From the NCBI GenBank assembly GCA_016930515.1, contig JAFGGO010000044.1:1-13059 (forward strand): a stretch of DNA of 13,059 nt. Direction: 5' to 3'. Numbering within the stretch: position 1 is the first letter of the stretch; each line of letters starts with the position of its first letter. Origin of the DNA: Promethearchaeota archaeon (lineage in GTDB: Archaea; Asgardarchaeota; Lokiarchaeia; Sigyniarchaeales; SOKP01). The position numbers and the translations under genes were made by a program. Under the pieces are notes generated by a model. That model had not been told where the DNA came from. It ran no database searches and saw only the letters and a list, made by a program, of their open reading frames with translations. Shown in pieces: positions 6,899-13,059 of the stretch.

Positions 6899-9174
6899 TG
6901 CCAGAAAACGATAAAAAAGATCCAATAGATAGCGAAGCATTCATACGAGGATTGATAAAAAGAGTAGGGTTGGATCCTGACACGACAGATCGCGAGGCGT
7001 TCATACGAGGTATGATGAAACGAGTAGGGTTGGATCCTGACACGACAGATCGCGAGGCGTTCATACGAGGTGCAATGAAACGAATGGGGATGGACCTTGA
7101 TTCAAAGAGTAGTGAAAAAAATAAACAAGCAACAACGGAACGCAAGCAAGAAGATGATAAATCAAAGGATCGAAAAAAATTAAAACGAGCAGAAAAAAAA
7201 CGAGCCAAAAAGAAAAAGGATTCTATGGGTCGTGATGAAATGATACGGGAAGCAATGAAGCGAGCTGGTATAGACCCTGATAAAATGGATCGTGAAGCAT
7301 TGAAACAATTAGCAATGAAACGAGGAGCCCAAATGGGTCGAGGACCAATGGGTCGGCGTCCAATGGGAGGACCAATGGCCATGATGAAAGGAGACAAGGC
7401 CAAGGACTTTAAAGGAACTATTCGCAAATTGCTCAATTATATGGGGAAATATAAAATCGCTGTAATAATCGTGTTCATTTTTGCTATCGCTTCTACCGCA
7501 GCAACAATTTTTGGTCCAAAGATTTTAGGTATGGCAACAACAAAGCTATTTGAGGGGTTGATAGCCCAATATAGCGGAACGGGTTCTATTGATTTTGGAT
7601 ACATTGGATTCATCATCCTCATTACTATAGGATTGTACGTGCTATCTGCGGTATTTGCCTTCATTCAAGGTTGGATAATGGCAAAAGTAGCTGCAGACAC
7701 TTCTTATCGTTTTAGAAAAGATATCTCTAAAAAAATAAATAAATTACCTCTGAAATATTTTGATAAGAAAACGCACGGGGAAGTACTTGCGTATGTAACA
7801 AATGATGTGGATGTAATTAACCAAAATTTGAGCATGAGCTTGACTCAAATTATTACTTCTGTAGTTACAATTATCGGAGTACTCATAATGATGCTTACCA
7901 TTAGTTGGATTCTAACCCTTGTATCAATGATTATCATTCCAATATCTTTAGTTACAATGGGGGTAATCGCAAAAAAATCACAAAAACATTTTGTTAATCA
8001 ACAAATATATTTGGGACATGTGAATGGACATGTAGAGGAGATGTTTAGTGGTCACGTGGTAATGAAAGCGTTCAATGGAGAAGAAAAAAGCATAAAAAAA
8101 TTCTCAAACTACAACAAAACACTCTATAAATCGGCGTGGAAAGCGAGTTTTATAACCGGTTTAATGATGCCATTGATGATGCTTATCGGTAATTTAGGAT
8201 ACATCGTCATCGCTATATTAGGTAGTTTTCTTGTAATTCAAAATTCCATATCCATTGGCGATATTCAAGCTTTCATTCAATACATACGGTCCTTTACCCA
8301 ACCGTTAACTCAGATTGCAAACATGTCAAATACCCTCCAACAGACAATGGCGGCTGCAGAAAGAATTTTTAAGTTCCTTGAAGAAGAGGAGCAAATCACG
8401 GAAACGCCTACTCCTATAACTCTTGAAGAGGGCAATAAATACGGCGTTGAATTTAAAAATATCAGTTTTGGATACGATCCTGAAAAAGTGGTAATCCACG
8501 ACTTTTCTGCAATTATAGAACCTGGAAAAAAAATTGCAATCGTTGGTCCAACAGGAGCGGGGAAAACAACGATTGTAAAACTTCTAATGCGGTTTTACGA
8601 TGTACTTGACGGTGAGATACTAGTAAACGGTCATGATGTAAGAGAATTCACCAGAAAAGACCTTCGACACTTATTTGGCATGGTTTTGCAGGACACCTGG
8701 CTTTTCAATGGAACGATCATGGAAAATATTCGTTATGGCCGTGCTGATGCAACAGACGAGGAAGTCATTGAAGCAGCTAAAGCAGCTCATGTAGATCACT
8801 TTGTTCATACCCTGCCTAATGGTTATAATATGGTTATAAACGAAGAAATTAGCAACATTTCTCAAGGTCAGATGCAATTATTAACCATTGCTCGAGCCGT
8901 TCTAGCAGATCCAAAAATACTCATCCTCGACGAGGCAACCAGTTCCGTGGACACTCGAACTGAGATACTCATACAACAAGCAATGGATAAATTGATGGCG
9001 AACCGTACTAGCTTTATCATTGCTCATAGGTTATCAACCATTCACGATGCTGACTTAATTCTCGTGATGAACGAGGGAAATATCGTTGAACAAGGTACTC
9101 ACGACGAATTAATCTCTCGAAATGGATTTTATGCTGAAATTTATAATAGTCAATTTAAAACAATAGAAGCGTAA
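6898..9174 (+). CDS. Heterodimeric ABC exporter (type IV, TM288-like subunit) with repetitive N-terminal extension
   Basis: Walker A GPTGAGKTT, consensus Walker B ILDEATSSVD and IAHRL, degenerate signature ISQGQ. TAATG stop/start overlap with the upstream gene and SD GGAGG at 6883-6887. Confidence 0.95.
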   Translation: MPENDKKDPIDSEAFIRGLIKRVGLDPDTTDREAFIRGMMKRVGLDPDTTDREAFIRGAMKRMGMDLDSKSSEKNKQATTERKQEDDKSKDRKKLKRAEKKRAKKKKDSMGRDEMIREAMKRAGIDPDKMDREALKQLAMKRGAQMGRGPMGRRPMGGPMAMMKGDKAKDFKGTIRKLLNYMGKYKIAVIIVFIFAIASTAATIFGPKILGMATTKLFEGLIAQYSGTGSIDFGYIGFIILITIGLYVLSAVFAFIQGWIMAKVAADTSYRFRKDISKKINKLPLKYFDKKTHGEVLAYVTNDVDVINQNLSMSLTQIITSVVTIIGVLIMMLTISWILTLVSMIIIPISLVTMGVIAKKSQKHFVNQQIYLGHVNGHVEEMFSGHVVMKAFNGEEKSIKKFSNYNKTLYKSAWKASFITGLMMPLMMLIGNLGYIVIAILGSFLVIQNSISIGDIQAFIQYIRSFTQPLTQIANMSNTLQQTMAAAERIFKFLEEEEQITETPTPITLEEGNKYGVEFKNISFGYDPEKVVIHDFSAIIEPGKKIAIVGPTGAGKTTIVKLLMRFYDVLDGEILVNGHDVREFTRKDLRHLFGMVLQDTWLFNGTIMENIRYGRADATDEEVIEAAKAAHVDHFVHTLPNGYNMVINEEISNISQGQMQLLTIARAVLADPKILILDEATSSVDTRTEILIQQAMDKLMANRTSFIIAHRLSTIHDADLILVMNEGNIVEQGTHDELISRNGFYAEIYNSQFKTIEA
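6928..7347 (+). repeat. Intragenic 60-bp (20-aa) tandem repeat array
   Basis: 6962-7011 is identical to 7022-7071 (50 bp). Units start at 6928, 6988, 7048, (7108, 7168), 7228 and 7288. Consensus is about DREAFIRGAMKRxGxDPDxx. Confidence 0.92.
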
Positions 9175-9215
9175 TTTTTTTTATAATTTTATTTTTTTTC
9201 CCTTTTTTATTTCTT
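9175..9215 (+). terminator. U-tract terminator of the marR-ABC operon
   Basis: Several T runs of 6-8 nt immediately after the stop codon, typical of archaeal intrinsic termination. Confidence 0.65.
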
Positions 9216-9226
9216 GATTGAAACCA

Positions 9227-9814
9227 TTAACGAAGAATTATCTCTAAGCTCGTCGATAATATCCACAGCATTATCAAAACGGTTAAAAGCCATTCTATTA
9301 AGGGGTAAATTAAGAATATAAAAACGATCCAAGTTCCAACAATAGAAAAACCAAATATCGATTGATACTTTTTAAAAGTTGATTTCTCGTCTCTTATCAT
9401 TAGATAACTAAATAAACCAATGTATAAAACCGACCCAAAAAAAGAAACAAACGCAACAAAACCGTGAAACGATAGATACAAGTTGTAATACTTCTCATTG
9501 TATCCTATTCCGACCAACGCAATGCAAACACAAGTGAATATCGAAGCTCCAGTTGCAATCCTTCGAATTGTATCGTTTATGCCAACAAGTGTTTTTTCAA
9601 GGTAGATATAAAACGGTATTCCTAAAGCTCCTCCAACGACAAATCCGATGCTAAACAAAGATCTAGCATCCCCGAGTACCAAGGAACTTACGGAATTGGT
9701 TACTGGCGTGTAACCTGGTGTGAGAAACGCGGCTATTACGACGAGAATTCCTGCGAATAAGATACCGCCAAATCCGAACAAGCATTCCATTTTTTCGTTT
9801 AATTTTTTGAACAC
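9227..9814 (-). CDS. DUF998-like membrane protein
   Basis: N-terminal TM followed by TPGYTPVTNSVSSL, then about five more TMs including a His (LSFHGFVA) and a C-terminal PLIEW. This pattern is characteristic of DUF998/Frag1-DRAM-Sfk1-related proteins. Start is GTG 9814 or ATG 9790. Confidence 0.75.
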   Translation of the reverse strand: MFKKLNEKMECLFGFGGILFAGILVVIAAFLTPGYTPVTNSVSSLVLGDARSLFSIGFVVGGALGIPFYIYLEKTLVGINDTIRRIATGASIFTCVCIALVGIGYNEKYYNLYLSFHGFVAFVSFFGSVLYIGLFSYLMIRDEKSTFKKYQSIFGFSIVGTWIVFIFLIYPLIEWLLTVLIMLWILSTSLEIILR

Positions 9815-9850
9815 GAGGAAATCACTTTATTTTTTCTTATAGTGAATTAG

Positions 9851-9885
9851 TTGACGAATATGTCAATATGGTTTATAATTTTTTG
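9851..9885 (-). promoter_or_regulatory. BRE/TATA promoter with downstream palindrome
   Basis: Minus strand reads CAAAAAA-TTATAAAC (TATA 9871-9878), followed by TTGAC-N6-GTCAA (9851-9866) between the TATA box and the expected start site. Confidence 0.55.
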
Positions 9886-9913
9886 GATTGAACAATAAAA
9901 AGAGGTAAATGAG

Positions 9914-9937
9914 ATCGTGAAACAACTGTTTCACGAT
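9914..9937. repeat. Perfect 11-bp inverted repeat
   Basis: ATCGTGAAACA-AC-TGTTTCACGAT. Confidence 0.85.
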
Positions 9938-10014
9938 TAATTGCATTTATCATCATGTATATATCAATAAAACGCTGGTATTTTTTTAAAGTCAAATTAA
10001 TAAAAAAATAAAAA

Positions 10015-10563
10015 CTACCAAGAAAGGCGAACCACGGTTTCTTTATCGCCTTCCCAAGACTTTGAAATGAATTCTGATGTAACCTTGCTATCCATACATA
10101 ATTCGAGAAACTTTTCTACCCATCCTACCGACACATAATAATATACTTTAAAATCTGAATCAAATCCGATGTATCGCACATCCGCGGTTGTATCCGTGAG
10201 ATTTTCAACTTTTAAATCGCCTATATTAAACATGAGCTTTCTAAAACGGGCGAATTTCTCGAGTGCAGTTTTGGGCTCTGATTTTCCAACAAAAGTCTTG
10301 TAAAGTTCCGTGAATGTTTTTTGACCTTCAGTATGTCCCCAAGAAATAACTTTTTTAAAGTCATCCTTTGCTTCGACGCTAAAAACGGCGATTAGCATAC
10401 TTTTATACGCATCGTACGGATACCACACCGAAGGCAGGATTCTTTTGTTTAAGACCACTTTGGCTTGTTTGGAAAGTAAATCCTCATAGATTCCCGATTT
10501 ATTGCTTTTTATTACTTTTACTAGCTGTAGGATCATTGCTCCTTTAACTTGATCTATCTTCAA
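10015..10563 (-). CDS. V4R/H-NOX-like fold protein (resembles DUF2378/TIGR02265-type proteins)
   Basis: 182 aa with N-terminal VKG, ILPSVWYP, a helical middle, SVGWVE and a C-terminal beta strand ending in W. TTG start with SD AGGTGA (10565-10570). Family call is by motif recall. Confidence 0.65.
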   Translation of the reverse strand: MKIDQVKGAMILQLVKVIKSNKSGIYEDLLSKQAKVVLNKRILPSVWYPYDAYKSMLIAVFSVEAKDDFKKVISWGHTEGQKTFTELYKTFVGKSEPKTALEKFARFRKLMFNIGDLKVENLTDTTADVRYIGFDSDFKVYYYVSVGWVEKFLELCMDSKVTSEFISKSWEGDKETVVRLSW

Positions 10564-10648
10564 ATCACCTTAAATGTTTTATTAATGATTAATCGTCATT
10601 TTAAATCAAAAATGTCCCTTTATTAAGTATAAAAAGAATATAAAATCG

Positions 10649-10666
10649 TCCTTAAATATTTAAGGA
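10649..10666. promoter_or_regulatory. Perfect 18-bp palindrome containing TATA-like elements
   Basis: TCCTTAAATATTTAAGGA, 85 nt upstream of the V4R-like gene. Confidence 0.5.
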
Positions 10667-10766
10667 ATACTATAATTTGTATTGGATAATATAGCAAGAA
10701 GATTTGTGTATTTAATACTCTGAGTTGAAAAACTATAAAGTTTAAAAAAATATGCAGGTGTATTTA

Positions 10767-11519
10767 TCATATATTATAGAGCACTCGATGAACTTCTCTC
10801 ATTTGTTTTAGAGATATTTGACCTGGAGCCGTTTTATCTCCTATCGAGGCAAAGGTAAACAAGGCACCGTATTTCACGCAACTCACTCGTGAAAAGATCC
10901 CGAGTTCACCCATGCAAAATGTAATTACATCACGTTGTAATTTTGACAATTCTTGTGCGAGTTTTATGGGAACGAGGTTATCGAGAAAATGTTGAGCCGT
11001 GAAGATAAATTTTACTGGAAAATAATTAATAGTATTTGCATTTATAGATAGTTTATTCAAAAGTTTTGAGTCAAAATCAGCCAAAAATCGTGTGATCTCT
11101 TCCAAGGGGGGCGTTCTGACAAAATCGTGGTAGGAAAATATCATTTTTACGCTTTTTTGAAGCGCTAGACTAACAACATCCGTTATAAAATCGTTGCTAG
11201 ATCTCATTTCTAAGTCTATATAATCTGGAAAAGCAATTATCATTTTTTTTACAATGCCCAACCGATCTTTCTCGTTGATCTCTGCTTGTCCTCCCTCAGA
11301 ATGGGTCCTATAAGTCAAGATTACTCTCGTTTTCTTATCTTGACTTAATTTTACGATTTCTTTTAAAAAATCTTCTGATAGTAATGAAATGTTGTTAATA
11401 TAATCCAATCTGAATTCAATGTAATTTGGTTTGTATTTTTTTACACATTCAATATGTGACCTAATATCTTCGAGATTGTTGCTTTTTATTTGGATTGGAA
11501 CGCATATGTTTAAAGTCAT
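10767..11519 (-). CDS. aroD: Type I 3-dehydroquinate dehydratase
   Basis: Motifs IEFRLD, ILTYRTHSEGG, YIDLE, IFSYHDF (catalytic His), VKF (Schiff-base Lys), FCMGELGIFSR and TAPGQI. Confidence 0.95.
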   Translation of the reverse strand: MTLNICVPIQIKSNNLEDIRSHIECVKKYKPNYIEFRLDYINNISLLSEDFLKEIVKLSQDKKTRVILTYRTHSEGGQAEINEKDRLGIVKKMIIAFPDYIDLEMRSSNDFITDVVSLALQKSVKMIFSYHDFVRTPPLEEITRFLADFDSKLLNKLSINANTINYFPVKFIFTAQHFLDNLVPIKLAQELSKLQRDVITFCMGELGIFSRVSCVKYGALFTFASIGDKTAPGQISLKQMREVHRVLYNI

Positions 11520-11631
11520 TTTAAAGGTTGTTTATGTAAGTCGTATTCCAAAATAATGGGTAATGTTAATATAAAATGAGAGAAACAATTAGAATATTTT
11601 TGATAAGAAAGTGTTTGATAATCTGTATCAA

Positions 11632-12066
11632 TCATTCCAAATTATTTTCGAAAAATAGATAAATTTCTCTTTTAGCTGAACTTTCCGAGTCTGAAGCGTG
11701 AATCAGGTTTTCTGTAACACTTTTAAGAGGGATTTCCTTAAAATCTCCCCTAATGGTTCCCGATTGAGCCTCTTCTGGATTTGTTGCGCCAACTATTTTT
11801 CTTACTTTTTTTATGACATCTTCTCCTTGGAGTAGCATAGCAATTGAAGGTCCCGATGTGATAAAGGCAAGTAAATCGTTATAGAATGGCTTTCCCTTGT
11901 GTTCTGCGTAATGTTTGCTCGCGAGCTCTCGCGAAAGGGTGATGAGTTTTAAATTAATCAATTTAAATCCTGCTTCTTCGAAACGGGTAATTATTTTACC
12001 AATAAGATTTCTTCTCACTGCGTCTGGTTTTATCATCACAAAAGTTTTGTCCACATCCATCATCAT
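11632..12066 (-). CDS. ndk: Nucleoside diphosphate kinase
   Basis: TFVMIKPDAV, HYAEHKGKPF, GATNP, GTIRGDF and NLIHASDS (phospho-His). The exact Met start (12066/12063/12060) is uncertain. Confidence 0.97.
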   Translation of the reverse strand: MMMDVDKTFVMIKPDAVRRNLIGKIITRFEEAGFKLINLKLITLSRELASKHYAEHKGKPFYNDLLAFITSGPSIAMLLQGEDVIKKVRKIVGATNPEEAQSGTIRGDFKEIPLKSVTENLIHASDSESSAKREIYLFFENNLE

Positions 12067-12145
12067 GATACCAATATTTTTTAATAGATAGGATGAAATT
12101 AATAAAAAAGATAAAAAAAAGGTTTCGAACTTCTGTTAGAATTGA

Positions 12146-12796
12146 TTATTTTACAGGACTGATTAATCTTTTGATTTCTTGGCCGCTCAATTCTAATGTG
12201 TTAATGGAATCGACGCGCTTAAGTAACCCAAGATCTTCGTAAAACTTTAGGATTGGAGCAGAATTTTCCTCGTATACTTCGATCCTTCTCTTTACTGTTT
12301 CTTCGTTATCGTCGGCTCTTTGGGTGATTTCCATTTTTTTCCCACATTTATCGCATATATCTTCTTTCTTGGGTTTGTTTAACCATTTATTGTAGATCTG
12401 ACCGCAGTTTGGGCAAGAATATCGACCGAGTATTCTTTTTAACAAAATGTCTTTTGGAACATCTAAAAGTAATACAACATCTGCAGAGGCGAATTCTCCA
12501 AGCTTTTGGGCTTGTGGGAGCGTTCTTGGAAAACCATCTAAAATGAATCCATTTTCTTTCACATCCTCTCTTTCCATTCTCTCTCTTACCATGTCGATAA
12601 CGAGTTCGTCTGGCACTAATTCGCCTTTGTCTGTGAATCCCTTGGCTTTTAAACCTAATGGAGTTTTTTTTGATATATTTTCTCTAAAAATGTCTCCCGT
12701 GGAAATGTGAACGATATTTGACTCCACCTCAACAATGCGAGACGCCAAAGTGCCTTTCCCCGATCCTGGTGCGCCGAATAAAATTATCTTTGCCAT
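12146..12796 (-). CDS. adk: Adenylate kinase, bacterial-type with Zn-finger LID
   Basis: GAPGSGKGT, HISTGDIFR, GELVPDE, GFILDGFPR, LID CPNC...CDKC and RADD. ATG 12796 is preferred over TTG 12826. Confidence 0.96.
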   Translation of the reverse strand: MAKIILFGAPGSGKGTLASRIVEVESNIVHISTGDIFRENISKKTPLGLKAKGFTDKGELVPDELVIDMVRERMEREDVKENGFILDGFPRTLPQAQKLGEFASADVVLLLDVPKDILLKRILGRYSCPNCGQIYNKWLNKPKKEDICDKCGKKMEITQRADDNEETVKRRIEVYEENSAPILKFYEDLGLLKRVDSINTLELSGQEIKRLISPVK

Positions 12797-13059
12797 GTTT
12801 CTCAATATTGTTATGTTAATTTTCAAAATGAATTAAATTATGTATGAGTAGTTAATTCTCATTTAAAAGTATTGTAAGTCTTATTTTTGATATCAAAAAG
12901 AATCTAAAGGTAAAAATTGAACGAAGTTTAATGATTAAATTTCAAGTAACCAAGGCATTCATACTATCAGCGTATTATTTCATTTTACAAACTTTCAAGC
13001 GTTTACTTAACTAACTTAGAATTTTCACTTTAATTGAACTTCAATGTCGCATTTCGAAA

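Noticed and set aside
6928-7107. Possible CRISPR array
   Set aside because: The repeats are contiguous 60-nt in-frame units with no unique spacers, and no cas genes are present.
6756-7436. 226-aa antisense ORF with repeats
   Set aside because: It is the shadow of the repeat array on the coding strand of the ABC gene, with biased Ser/Arg/Phe/Ile composition and no independent signals.
5035-8877. Other short minus-strand ORFs inside the ABC genes
   Set aside because: They are antisense to conserved coding sequence, with no support.
12447-12710. 87-aa plus-strand ORF
   Set aside because: It is antisense to adk with Ser-rich shadow composition.
12827-13059. Possible gene or RNA at the right edge
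   Set aside because: AT-rich with no convincing reading frame or structure. It is treated as the adk upstream region (TATA-like TTTTAAAT at about 12861-12868 on the minus strand).

Overview
AT-rich, gene-dense window, most likely from an Asgard archaeon (Lokiarchaeia/Promethearchaeota-like). This is an inference from TATA/BRE-type promoters, U-tract terminators, an AGGTGA ribosome-binding site and a 7TM protein ending in a longin-like domain. In order, the window holds: two tandem minus-strand multi-TM membrane genes (one complete 7TM plus longin-like domain, one truncated by the window edge and absent from the ORF track); a divergent GH57 glycoside hydrolase; an unannotated ~200-nt GC-rich island that seems to have its own promoter and terminator (small ORF or structured RNA); a small alpha/beta hypothetical; a marR plus heterodimeric ABC exporter operon whose second subunit has an N-terminal array of 20-aa repeats; a DUF998-like membrane protein; a V4R/H-NOX-like protein; and aroD, ndk and a bacterial-type Zn-lid adk. 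Several clean palindromes lie in promoter regions. No rRNA, tRNA, CRISPR array or transposase is visible.
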